In this document: in pieces, positions 27,026 through 39,626 of the stretch | Layout of the letters: the number at the start of each line of letters is the position of its first letter | How positions within the stretch are numbered: position 1 is the first letter of the stretch | Assembly (NCBI GenBank): GCA_024679065.1 | Contig: JAGIQG010000030.1 | Span: 10,726,001 to 10,790,000, forward strand | DNA: 64,000 nt | DNA from: Sphyrna mokarran | Taxonomy: Eukaryota | Direction of reading: 5' to 3' | Notes under the pieces: model-generated | Database searches by the model: none | What the model was told of the DNA's origin: nothing | What the model saw: only the letters and a program-made list of their open reading frames with translations | Position numbers and translations under genes: made by a program

Positions 27026-28305
27026 TGGTGTGGGCAGTGTAAGCAGCAACCCAGTCTCGAGACCCTGGGGGTATTTATTCCATTAATATGAAATTTTGTA
27101 TTGACCATCACAGTTTCAGCCTATAAAGGGATTGGGGCACCACCTAGTGGGTGTGTGTGGGGGTGCCCCCAACTCCTCCAGGAATCTCAGCAGCAATCCC
27201 GGTCTGTACTCACAGAATCATAGAATCCCTACAGTGCACGTGGAGAACATTTGGTCTATGAACCTGCATCAACAACATTCCCACTCAGGCCCTATCCCCA
27301 TAACCCTGATAGTCTCCCTGACAGTAAGGAGCAATTTAAATATGATGTGGAGATGCATCTCTACATCATGGCTACAAACTGCCAGCTCCAAGTGGAGAGG
27401 ATCTCCAAGAAGATTGTGCATAGCGACACAGACAAGTGCTCACCCCAACTTAGAATAGCCAATCAATAGCCAGTGAATCTGCACATCTTTGGACTGTGGG
27501 AGGAAACCGGAACACCCAGGGGAAACCCACGCAGACTTGGGGAGAACATGCAAACTCTCCACAGACAATGATCCGAGGCCAGAATTGAACCCAGGTCTCT
27601 GGTGCTTTGAGGCAGTAGTGCTAACCACCGTGTTACGGTGCCACCCCAACTAATTGCAGACCCTCTTAAAGAAATAATTGATACAAGTTCCCCAGATGCT
27701 GCTATTATTAAATTTTCTTTTTTGTTTCCTCAATTTCTTTCTTTCCCTCTCTCTCATCTGCCCTCTTTCTTAACCCCTCTCTCTAACATCCTCTTTCTCA
27801 TCCCCCTCTTTCTCGCTCCTCTTGTTCACACCCTCCCTCTTTCTGACTCTCCTTTTATTCCCCCCCTCTTTCTCACAATTCCCTCTCCTTCACACTATGC
27901 CTCTCTGTCAGTCTCTCTCTCTCATTGAGCCACACATTGTAAAGTTTATTAACTTACTCAATAACATTGCTCCCCCAACAAGGGTTTGGTAAAATGTCAC
28001 AGTTTTCAGACATACAGACCAGAAGGTCCCAGCTGCATTGCCAGATTGCAAAGTTAACCCATCACAATTGCAGCTGAGAGGCTTCAATCATCTCAAACCA
28101 GAGAAAGGAAAGAAAAGTCAAACTAACTGGGAAAGATTTAAAGAAAAACACCTGCTGCTATTGGACTAATTTTAATAACTCAACTTGAAGGAGCTGAGGA
28201 CACTAGTGTTTTGAGTGTGACTTTGAGGTGGGTGGCATTTTCCTGTCCCTCCTGCCACGGGAATTGTAGTGGGTGGAACACAAACCATGCAAAAGTCCGT
28301 TGACC
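27026..28305 (+). repeat. Copy 2 of the local duplication, lying inside the CR1 RT domain (SINE inserted at 27214-27645)
   Basis: Colinear with 23249-24432 once each copy's private SINE is removed. Confidence 0.92.
27135..27153 (-). promoter_or_regulatory. CTCF-like motif (CACCCACTAGGTGGTGCCC)
   Basis: By-eye match to the CTCF core; paralogous to 23351-23369. Confidence 0.55.
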
Positions 28306-28626
28306 TCAGTACTGCACTCCCACCCACAGCCCACACGAAGATTGGCAGAGTTGCTGAAAGTGTCGCGGATTGTCAGGGGTTACAACAAGATGTGGGTAGA
28401 TTGGAGACTTGGGCACTGAACTGGCAGATGGCAAAACCCTTAGGAACATTAACATATGGAGGGATCTGGACATGCAGATCCAAGTTCCCTAAAAATGGCA
28501 ACACAGCCAAGGTGATTACAAGGACACATGGCATACTTGCCTTTATTGGATGGGGCATTGAGCGTAACAAATCATGTTGCACCTATATAAAACCTTGGTT
28601 AGGTTGCATTTGGAGTATTGCTTGCA

Positions 28627-28922
28627 GGGCGGCATAGAGGCACAATGGTTGGCACTGCTGCTTCAGGGACCTGGGTACAATTCCCAGCTTGGGTCACTGT
28701 TTGCGTGGAGTCTGCACATTCTCCCAGTGTCTGTGTGAATTTCTCCAAGTGCTCCGATTTCCTCCCACAGTCTGAAAGATGTGCTGGTTAGATTTATTGG
28801 CCATGCTAAATTCTCCCTCAGTGTACCGGACAGGCACCAGAGAGTGGCGAGTAGGGGATTTTCACAGTAACTTCATTGCATTGTCAATGTAAGCCCACTT
28901 ATGATTAATAAATAAACTTTAC
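28627..28922 (+). mobile_element. HE1-like SINE, tail B, nested in CR1
   Basis: Full head, V-domain and tail. Confidence 0.87.
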
Positions 28923-29889
28923 TTCTCTCATCACCACAAAACCAGAAAGACGTGGAAGGTTTGACGAGAGCGCAAAATTGGTTCACCAGGTCTTGAAGGT
29001 GTTGACTACGAGGAGAGGTTGAATGAACTAGGACTGTTTTCACTGGGAAGACGAAAGCTGAGGGGAGACTGATCGAGGTGTACAAAATTATGAGAGGCAT
29101 AGACAGGGTGAATAGTCAGAGACTTTTTCCCAGGGCGGAAGTGTCAATTAAAGGGAGCACGGGTTCAAGATGAGAGGAGAAAAGTTTAATGTGCGGAGGA
29201 TGCTTTTCGCACAGAGTGGTGGGTTTTCACACAGATGACCTGGCCGTTATAATACTGCTGTTTGTAGGAACTTGCCTGGGATGCTGGATCTCAGGGGCAA
29301 AGGGACAGAAGGGTATGCTGAGATGAGATAAGTTGAAAGGGGGCTCATGCAGAAGATAAACAGTGGGATAGGCCAGTTGGACCAAATGGCCTGTTTCTGT
29401 GCTGCAAATTCTTGAAAGCAGACTGTGTGATATCTCGAACTTCAGCAGTGAGACACAAAAGTCTATAATATTAATTCAAAGCAGCAAGAGTAATTCCAAT
29501 TCAATGTGTAATTCTTGAGTATTTTAAAACTAATATACAAATTGTTCATTTTAATGACTTATGAATCTTATTCAACATAATTAAAGTTATGGATTGCTTT
29601 CAATAAGTGAGCAATCAGTTACTGAGAATTACAGACACCAACAACAGGGATCAGGAGTAGGTCGTTCAATTGCCTGAGCTTATTTAATTATATTATCTTT
29701 AAACTGCACCTCAACATCATATTACACTCCATCACTTCAAAATACTTCATTGGCGCTGAAGTAATTTGAGATGTGTCAAGGTTGTGGAAGATGCTATGTA
29801 AATGCAAGTCTTTTTTTTAAGATTAAAAAACAACTGTGACTGTAACTCTCAGAAACCAACTACTCATGTTAAGCTATCATGTTTGTGGA

Positions 29890-30125
29890 GGTGGTGGCAA
29901 AGTGGTATTGTCGTAATCCAGAGACCCAGAGTAATGATCTGGGAACCAGGGTTCAAAGCCCATCACAGGAGGTGAGGAAATTTGAATTCAATAAAAATCT
30001 GGAATAAGAAGTCTAATGATGACCGTGAAACCATTGTTGATTGTCATACAAAGCTATCTTGTTAACTAATGCCCTTTAGGGAAGGAAATCTGCCATGTTC
30101 ACCAGGCCTTCATGTGACTCTAGAC
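29890..30125 (+). mobile_element. Second tRNA-derived SINE family (other copies ~33897-34025, 34975-35300, 48675-48920)
   Basis: A-box GTGGCAAAGTGG, B-box GGGTTCAAAGCCC, shared body AATTTGAATTCAATAAAAATCTGGAAT...TTTAGGGAAGGAAATCTG. Confidence 0.75.
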
Positions 30126-31099
30126 CTTGCCAGCAATGCCTACATCTGGCTGGCATAGCAGTTGACACTGCTGCCTCGCAGCACCAAGGACTTGGGTATC
30201 CATCTGTGTTCTTCCTATTCCTCTGGTTTACTCTCACAGTCCAAAGAGGTGCAAGTTAGTTAGATGGGCCATGCTAAATTATCAAAAGATGATAAAATAG
30301 TTAGATTAGTCATAGTAAATGCATGTGTTTACAGGAATGAGGAGTTTAGGAGAAAGACCTTTGCCCAGAGATTGTGAGAATGTAGAACTCACTACCACAG
30401 GGAATGATTGAGATGAGTGGGATGAATGCACTTAAAGATGGAAGCTAAATACTGTAAGTAAATGAGGGAGAAAGGAATAAAGGTTATGTTGATAGGATGA
30501 GACAAAACAGTTTGGGAGGAGGTTTATATCGAGCATAAACTCCAGCACTGACCAGTAGGGCCTGTTTCTCTGTGTTACACTCTATATAATTGTTTGTAAC
30601 ACACATAACACTTGAGCTATTATAGGATCATAGATTTATGGAATTATATTTATATGTTCAGTATATTGCTTTTTGTCCCTCACTTCCACTAGGATGCCTT
30701 GTGGCACATTGGAAGCATCCCCACTGCTGGGCCGAAAACACTTGGTTTGACTTGGCCATGGGGAAGTTTTCAAGGCAGATCAACAGGCTCAAGTTCAGCT
30801 TAGGAATCCTTCCACCCCCTTCCTCTGTATTCCCCAAAAGGGGGAAAAGATTGGATGTGAAAGGATGCTAAAGAAAGCACCTCATTTCCAACCCATAATA
30901 AGCTACAATGAATCTTTCTCGGCAGAAGAGATTTTATTGCCTGCGTTGACTGCAAGATCCACAAGTTAAACTAAAAATGGTAGAGTTTGTCCATATTAAA
31001 TTAATTAATTCTGTCACCAATCACTTTGATCCTTAAGGTCACCTACAAAATAGTCTTATCAGTTCTTGATGTTGGGCTCAAGGATAGCACATTGTTACC

Positions 31100-31118
31100 T
31101 CTCCACTAGATGGTAGTA
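31100..31118 (+). promoter_or_regulatory. CTCF-like motif (TCTCCACTAGATGGTAGTA)
   Basis: By-eye match to the CTCF core in non-repeat sequence. Confidence 0.45.
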
Positions 31119-31367
31119 TTGGATTAGAACATGATCCTACATAATTCTTCCAAAATGATCATCATATTCCAAAACCTTGGCTTTAATTCCCAATAATGCA
31201 TATCTCCTAACTTCGCCACTGAGCCATCAAAATACTTGTTTATGTTATTTTTCCCAGTGTGAAACCACCAAATGCTGCCATCAGACTTGTGAATGGATCT
31301 ATCTTGTATTATGTTGATCTTTCTCTGGTTATAACTGTTAAATATATTCTGCACCCTCTCCTTTCCT

Positions 31368-32288
31368 TAGAATCATAGAATCATAGGAGTCCGACAGTGC
31401 AGAAGGAAGCCTTTTGGTCCATTGAGCCTGCATCAACAAGGATCCCCCCTATCCCCTTAACTCCATATATTTACTCTTCTAATCTCCCTGACACTGAGCA
31501 GCAATTTCAGCATGGCCAATCCACCTAACCTGCTTGTCTTTGAAATGTGGGAGGAAACCGGAGCACCCAAAGGAAACCAGGCAGACACAGGGAGGACATG
31601 CAAACTCCACACAGATGGTTCCAAGCCAGGAATTGAACCTAGGTCCCTGGCAGTGTGAGGCAGCAGTGCTATGTACAGTATGTCTTGTCAGTATAATGAG
31701 CAAGATAGAATACTTTTCACTGTATACTAACACATGTAACAATAAAGCTAATCAATCAAATCAAAATGGGTCAACTGCTATTTCCCAGTTTTGGAAACAT
31801 TAGCATGAAGAATTTGCATTAATGAGGCACATCTTTAACGTAGTCCAACTTTTCAAGGGGATTCTATGAACTTCACTCACTGAATCCTAAGAAGGAACAA
31901 TAACTGAACAAGTAGTGAGAAAGAAATTTTTTATAATTTCTTATGAGGATTTCACTGCTCACTTATGAGGATTTCTACTGCTAATATTGGAATCATAGAA
32001 TTCCTACAGTGCTGAAGGAGATCATTTGGTCCTTTGAACCAGCATCAACAATAATTCCTCTCAGGTTTTGTCCCTGTAACCCCATGTATTTACCCTGCCT
32101 CCTGACACTGAGGGACAATTTAGCATGGCCAATGCATCTAAGCCACACATCCTTGGAATGTGGGAGGAAATCCACGCAGACACAGGGAGAACGTGAAAAC
32201 TCCACAAGTCAGTCACCCAAGGCCAGAATTGAACCCGGGTCTCTGGCACTGTGAGGCAGCAGTGCTAACCACTGTGCCACCCTGCCAC
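31368..32288 (-). mobile_element. Two HE1-like SINEs (31368-31672 and 31990-32288) with a plus-strand Rex1-type 3' tail fragment (31675-31765)
   Basis: SINE motifs; tail fragment TACTTTTCACTGTATACTAACACATGTAACAATAAA...AATCAAATCAAA. Confidence 0.82.
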
Positions 32289-35200
32289 CTATCATTCCAA
32301 TGCCTAGATAAAGGGTTTGGACATGCCAAGATGATACTGGGTTTGGCAGTGTTTGAAATCTTGGTGCATTGCTGAGTTGTACACAGACCATTCTTGGGGA
32401 ATGAGTTGCCTGATCAGATACGTGGACGTGGATGGGGAATTATTCACTTTTTTAGATTCTAGTCTGCTCCTCTCCAAAGAACCAAATTCATGTTGAGGTT
32501 TTGTGGCTGTGGGTTATGGTCTCCACAGTTTGGTATTTTGCCTGAATCACTATTCACCAGCTACTGGTGGGGGAAGCCAAAAAGAGGGTTAGTTGACACC
32601 ACAGTGAGGTTCACCTGTAGGCCACGCTTCATTGCAGAGTTCACTGAGTACAGGTCAAGAGCAGGAGCAAGGTTTACACTCTCCAACCCAATGACTCTGA
32701 GGAGAATATTCAAATTCCACACAGTCACCCGAGATTCGAATTGAGTCCACGTCCCTGGCACTGTGAAAGGTAGCAATGCTAACTGGTGTGCCACCCGGAT
32801 GTTGGCATCAATGACAAGTCTAGCATTTATTGCCCATTGCAAATCGCCCCAGCGATTGGAGCGGCCTTCAGAGAGCAGTTAAGCACCAACCACAAATATG
32901 GGACCAGAATCCATCTGTGCTCAGAACTGATAAGGACAGCAAGTTTCCTTCTCAGAAAGACACCAGTGGGCACGTGGTGCGGTTTTTACACAACAAAGGT
33001 ATGGTCACTTTTACTGATACCAGTTTTCTTTTTGCCTCACAGTTCAAGCATGGATCTGGAATTTGAACTTTCTGAGTGATTAGTTTAGGCCTCTGGATTA
33101 ATGCGTAAACATATCCATATCACAAACATCACTCAGCCTGTTTTCTAGTTTATGTCAAACATATTACTATAGTGTTTATTATATCTGTACCCCTTGGATT
33201 TCCAAGACCTCCCCAGAACCTAATCCCCAGTGTAAACATTGCCAAATATATCATAATGCAGTGCATTGACAGACATTATTATTACATAGTAATTGAGTTT
33301 AAGGTTTATTTATTTCATTGATCTGTTTACTTAAGCTGCTGGAATTGAAATTCAGAAAAGACATTCCATCTGCACTGGGTAGCTGAGTTGTGCATGGAAA
33401 CATCCGATCCACTGAATTGTTTATGCAATTAAATAAATATTAGGTACTTTTCACTAATTTTTTCTAGAAATTGTTTATGGACGTGGGATTTAAAATTACA
33501 CTCTTTTAGTCACCCGTTTAGTTAGAAATGTTCTGAAATTAATGATGGGAAAACTACACCAAAAGTTAAAAGCGACGGCTCCTTAAGGAAGTACATCCTT
33601 ATTCAACTCCTAATAATCTGCAAAATCTCGGACATTGCTTTAGGATTATGACATGAAAATTGGTCATGGCCCGTTTCTAGAATCCGCCAATGAGAGGCCC
33701 AAATAAGAGGGCCCCAAGTCATGAGGTTGAAACAAGGAGGCCCAAATTGAGAGGCCCAAATCAGCAGGCTTGAGAGGAACGACAACTAACAATGGCTCTT
33801 TAAGGCAGCATGTTTTTCTCCAGCCTTCAGCACTCCGCTAAAACTCCATTAAAAAAAATGGACTTGCAAGTGCCAAATACATTAAATGACGGAAAGGGGA
33901 GTTGATGGCCTAGTGATATTATTGTTTAATCCAGAAAATCAGCTAATGTTCTGGGGACCCGAGTTTGAATTCCACCACAGCAGATGGTGAAATTTGAATT
34001 CAATAAAAAAATGTCTGGAATTAAGGATTGTTATGGCTCAGGGCAGAAACTGCAAAGTATTTTGTGGAGCCTGTCTGGATCATGAGCTTTGCATCTTGAA
34101 TTTTGCTAGGATAAGTATGATATGCTTCTCTTCAGGTATGATTCAAATGACCCACTAGGGAACATTTATCAAACAAAATTTATTTAAGAATATAATTAAC
34201 AGGTATAGTAAGAAAATTAGCAAGAACTGTTATCAATTACAAACAAGAGACAAACAATCATGATAATGTATAACCCTCAATAAGAATATCTACAATGTTC
34301 CAATCAAACCAACCTCAGAGACAAAAGTCCCTTTTCACAAGTTTAGCATAGCACAGACTAATGCTGAAATTGAGTCCCTTTTGTTGAAGTCTGCAGTTCT
34401 CTGAATTCACTCCATACAGCTTGTAGGCAGCTTCCTAAAACACCAACCCCCAACAACAGCAGATTTTTACCTTTCAGGAAAACAAGACCTTGTTTTCAGC
34501 TAACTAATAACCCAAGCAACAGGGAGAGAAGGAAAATACTTCTTTTTGGCTTGCTGTCCCTTCTAAAACTGTCCAAAAACACATAACCATCTCCTCATAG
34601 CTGCAATTTTCAAGACCTGACAGAACTTTTGTAAATCTCATCTGCACTGTCGCCAGAACAATTGTGTCCTTCCTGTAATGTGGAGATCAGAACTGTACAG
34701 AGTATGCAGTTATGGCCTGGCCAGAGTTTTGTATAGTTCCATCATTATACCCTGACTTTTGTATTCAGTCGTTCACCCAATGCAATGCTTTTCATGACCA
34801 CCTTGTCCACCTGTCTTGCCATCTTTAAGGACATGTGGACATGCAAGGCAAGATCTCAAACTTCCTCAAATCCTCTCGATATCTTTCTGCTTATTGAGTA
34901 TTCGCTTGCTCTGTTTATTTAGTGAATTTTGATTTTATTCAGAAAAAGATTACAAATAGAGGGCAAGAGAAGGAGTGACATAGTGGAATTGTTACAGGAC
35001 CCAGCCTAATGCTGTGGGGTTCAAATCCCAACATGGCAGCTGGTGAAACTTAAACTTTTTAAAATTCTGGAATTGAAAACTAGTCTCAGTAATGATGACC
35101 ACAGAACTAATATTAATTGTTATAAAACCCAACTAATTCATTAATGTCCTTCATGGAAGGAAATCTGTCATTCTTACCTGGTCTGGCCTACACCTGACTC

Positions 35201-35577
35201 CAGACTTACAGCAATGGGTTGACTCTTAACTGCTCTCTAAAATGATCTAGAAAGCCAAGGGCAATTAGGTCTGGGCAAAAATGCCAGAGGCACCCATATA
35301 CGTTTTTAAGAAACTTGTCCACTGATGCTAGGAATACGATTTACTGTTGAATTATGAGATGAATTATACATAAATAGGGGAAAGTTGGAACACTGGGAGC
35401 TGTAAGAATAAACAAAGTCAGCAAACACTATCAGTAAAGGAAAGCTCTGTGTCTTGGTTTTGACTTTACCAATTGTCTTGAATTCTATGAGCCTGACCGA
35501 ATACTGGTTAGGACAACTTTGCAGCCACCTGGAACTTGCATTAAATCCCTTACATATCCCATAATGTTTGAATAAAA

Positions 35578-38500
35578 GCAGCACAGTAGCACAGTGCTTA
35601 GCACCGCTGCCTCACAGCACCAGAGACTTGGGTTCAATTCCTGCCTTGGGTCACTGTCTGTGTGGAGTTTGCACATTCTTCCCATGTCAACGTGGGTTTC
35701 CTCCAGGGGCTCCTGGTTTCCTCCCACAGTCGGAAAGACGTGCTGGTTAATTGCATTGACCTGAACAGACAAGGGGGTGTGGTGACCAGGGGAATTTCAC
35801 AGTAACTTCACTGCAGTGAAAATGTAAGAGTAGCTAAGGGGGGAGCGACTGCTCCCCCAAGCACATTTTGCTGAAGTGGCACCTTTTTAACAAGGCATTC
35901 CCCACAGGCCCCTACAGAGGTGCAAAGGAGAAAAGCAATTATCACGATGCAGTTGACACCAAGCATCCCTCGCCAATGCACCAGCTGAGAATGGGTGAGT
36001 ACGTTAAATTTTAAGTACATTGCAAAGATCAACTTCGTTTAATTAATCAAATTAGTGAATGGTTTAGTGAATGGTTTAGTGAAAATATTTGATGCGTAAT
36101 TTATAGTTTTAGTCACCATTAATTCAATATTGTGCAACTCAGTATTGAATGAACGGTGACCAAAAATATAAATTACACGCCTGTGTATTATTAGAAATAA
36201 CTACTCCAAAGGTGAACTAGAATCTGGCATCTTGTATCTCTCAATTTGAACGAACATTTGATTGATTTGTCCATTTTTAACACTGGTTATTTCGAGCTAG
36301 CTGTTTCTTGAGCATAGCCAATGAATTAATGAGTTTAGAGAAGTGACATGATTGCTATTATTGCCATGATTTCTAGTTTCTGCAGGATACAATGACACAC
36401 ACCCTGCATACCTGCTCAGTGGGTACAGGTGCACATGTCCTGCCATGCATGCTCAATGGGTACAAGTGCACATGCCCTGCTATGTGAGATCAAAGTGAGA
36501 AAGGCAATGTGGATTACAGGGTTGCTCAATTTAATATACGGCAATATGTATTGAAAGGCAATTTTGAGTTGCTTTTTCATTTCATTATGAAGGTGTTTTG
36601 TGTCTATTGTAAGATTGCCTAGAAAGACTATCATTTTTTCTGATAAGGAAATCCATGGAGATAAAAAAGAAGAAACTGTCTGCGTGGGACAAAAAGAAGA
36701 TGAAAGAAGTTGCAAATTGAGAAAAAGAATTGTCAGAATGTCAGAGATTGGAGGCCTACTTTTCATTCAGCAAGCACGCAATGTCCACTGCACCAGAGGT
36801 GGAACACTCTAAAGACCTGCTAGTATTTACTTCCTTCCTAGAAGCTGGTGACAGCACCCTTGCCACTGCAGAAATGGAAATGGAGCCCCTAGAAGACATG
36901 ACCATTTCAGCAGACTATCATCCAGGAGGTGAAGATGATACAATAAGACTATGTGCGATCACTGACACACATACGGAATCCCCAACAGACTCATACCCGT
37001 TTTGTGAAACACCTGTAACCTGTACGTGCTCTTCTTGAGTTAGGCCCTTGTCAGCCAGGTCTTAGAGATAATTTTGACAGTTTTCCAAAAGATGAAGCTG
37101 GACATCATTTCAGTGCAATTTGGTACAAGAAACAAGTCAAAACTTGTTATGAAATGGATAGACACTGGCTGGTTTATTCACCAAGAGCAAACACTATGCT
37201 TTGTTTTGCTTGTTGGCTTTTTGCAAATCAGTCAGATAGTTGGAGTGATCCAAAAACTGGTTGCAAGAATTTTGTTAAAGGTACACACAAAATTGAAAAA
37301 TATGAACAAAGTGGAAGTCACAAAAAAGCAAAGAAATTATTTTTCCTTTCCAAATTTCGTTTGTTTGATGACAGAACTGTCTTGGTTGGCCTTGTAACAG
37401 TGAGAAGGAAAGAGAGAAAAATAGGATGATTCTAACCTGTGTTATAGATGCAGTCCTTTATTTGGGAAAAACAGGGATTGGCGTTCCGTAGTCATTTCGA
37501 GTATCAAGGTTTAGATTCCCCAAGTATAAATGAAGGCAATTGTTTGGAACTCATTAATGTGTTTGCCAAAAATAATACATTACAGGAACAACATTTATTA
37601 CTGAATGATTGAAATGCAACATATCTCAGCCCTGACATACAAAATAATCTGATACAGTCCTTATCAGCCCAGATTCTATCAAAGTTAATAGCTGAAATCA
37701 AAGTTTGCAATAATTGTTGACTCTACTATTGATATTGGCAGAACTGATCAATTTTCTTCATCGTTACAATATGTAACAGTAAATAGTGATGCAATGGAAC
37801 GATTTATACAATTCAGCGAATTACCTGGAGCAAGAGCTGAAGATTTTTTCAATGTTCTTTTTCCAGCAATCAAAAACTTCGGGCTGTCAATGATTATGTG
37901 TTACAGTCAGTCTTACGATGGTGCAAGCATCATGTCGGGTGAAATATCTGACCTCCAAACAAAGATTATGGAAGTTGCTCCAAGTGCACTTTTTACACAC
38001 TGCTGCGCACATAATTTAAATTTGGTTCTAATTGATGCAGTAAGTTCCAATATTCAATCCATGTTGTTTTTTGGAAGTTCACAAAGTGTCTATATCTTTT
38101 TTTTAATATAAAATACAAGCTGCATAGAGAACATAAAAGAAAACGATTCCATGAAGAAATTGCAGAGGCTGAAGGAATATTTGATGTCCAAAAGAATTTC
38201 ATAGTTGAATCCTACTTAGTGTCCTTAGATTCTGTTATAAATAGCATGAGTAAAAGAGTTGAGCATTTTAAAAATGTGGCTTCCAAATTTAGTGGTTTAG
38301 ATTCAAAGCATTTTGACAACGCAGATAATGTGAACAAATTAGAATTTTTAGCAGACACGTACTCAGACATCATCGATGGTCAAAGTGAAATCGTACAAGA
38401 GTTTCTTTGATTCAAAGACATGTACAAAGAGATAATGAACACTAGCAGTAAGGTAAATTCAAAGTGTCAAGAAACTGGCCATCAACAATGAAATAAAATT

Positions 38501-39012
38501 CATGACAGCCATGACATGTGTTCCATTTATCCTAATCTGTCTACATTGTATCAGGTTTTTCTGATCTTACCAATAATTAGTGCAGTTGCAGAACGATCCT
38601 TTAACCAGCTCAAACACATGAAGTCCTACTTTGTTCTACAATAGGCAAGGATAGATTATCTGGATTATCTTTGATCTCTATTGAAAGACAGTTGGCTACC
38701 GAGGCAGATTATAAAAAAGTAATAGATAACTTTGCTAGAATGAAGCCTAGATAAAAGAGGCTGTTGTAGTTGCTTCATACCTTTTCCATATTGCTTCATT
38801 TTGTTTGCATTTTATGTTTAAAATGTAAAATAATTAAATAAAACATGTTTTTATGTTTTGATTTTCAATACAAAGTAAAAATGGGTAATTAATTTAAAAT
38901 TATTTGGTATGCGTCATGGTGGCTGTGCCTTTTTTATGTGTTCGCTCCTCCTAACTTTCAAACCTGGCTATGTGTCTGAATGTAAGCCTTACGTGTGATT
39001 AATAAATAAACG
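35578..39012 (+). mobile_element. Tail-B SINE split by the hAT element (35578-35828 plus 38979-39012)
   Basis: The tail reads CAGTAACTTCACTGCAGTGAAAATGTAAG, then the hAT, then AATGTAAGCCTTACGTGTGATTAATAAATAAAC. Flanking 27-bp direct repeat at 35541-35567 and 39018-39044. Confidence 0.88.
35829..38978 (+). mobile_element. hAT DNA transposon (Tip100/ZMYM1-like transposase pseudogene)
   Basis: 8-bp TSD AATGTAAG (35821-35828, 38979-38986). TTF-type Zn finger RHWLVYSPRANTMLCFACWLF; QSYDGASIMSG; THCCAHNLNLVL; C-terminal dimerisation region YPNLSTLYQVFLILPIISAVAERSFNQLKHMKSY..RLSGLSLISIER. Frameshifts and stops throughout. Confidence 0.92.
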
Positions 39013-39626
39013 TTAAATTAAATCCCTTACATATCCCACAATGTCTTGGGGTTTAGTTCACTGATCTGAGTTGGAAACACAGCAACCAATTTACACGCAG
39101 CAAACTCCCACAAACAGCGACGTGATAAAGACCAGGTAATCAGTTTGAGTGGGGAACATTTTCACCAAAACACTGGCAGAACTCCCCTGCTTTTCTTCAA
39201 GCCAGTGGTTGTGGTATCTTTCATATCCATCTGAGAAAGGGCATATGAGGCCTTGCTTTAACATCGCATCCAAAAGAAGGCATCCCCATAGGATCTATTC
39301 CAAGATCGTTCCCTCAACAAACATCACCAAAAATAAAATTTCTGTCATTTAATTACTGTCACTGGGTGCAGAATGAGTACTGGGTTTGCCTGAGAGTAAT
39401 TATTTGCTCAAAAAGTATTTTGAGATGTTTCAGAGAGATATGATAAGCCTCCAAGTAAATACTAGATATTTAAAAGGCGAGCTGTCTAATCATCAGCTCC
39501 GAGGTTTACTTGCTTCCCGTTACTTCTTCGTTAAACTTTGCTGCTGTTCCACACAATGGATTTTGCTCTCTCCAGGTAAGGTTACCCCCAGTGGAATAAA
39601 ATCAGCTGCTTAATGAGTTCTGAGGC

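Larger units (their letters stand above)
25270..29410 (+). mobile_element. Long decayed CR1/HER1-like LINE ORF2 (endonuclease through RT and 3' UTR), interrupted at 27018-28331 and 28627-28922
   Basis: GVYYRPPN (~25378), NFNFPNIDW (~25477), KHNPKAFYAFIRSKK, MDFSEAFDKVPHG, SGILQGPVLEPLLFVVYISDLD, KSVNDT (27000-27015); resumes TKIGRVAESVADCQGLQQDV at 28335; RRKLRGD at ~29050. Confidence 0.9.

Noticed and set aside
35829-38978. Domesticated ZMYM1/THAP12-like host gene
   Set aside because: Multiple stops and frameshifts, an 8-bp TSD and insertion inside a SINE indicate a decayed transposon.
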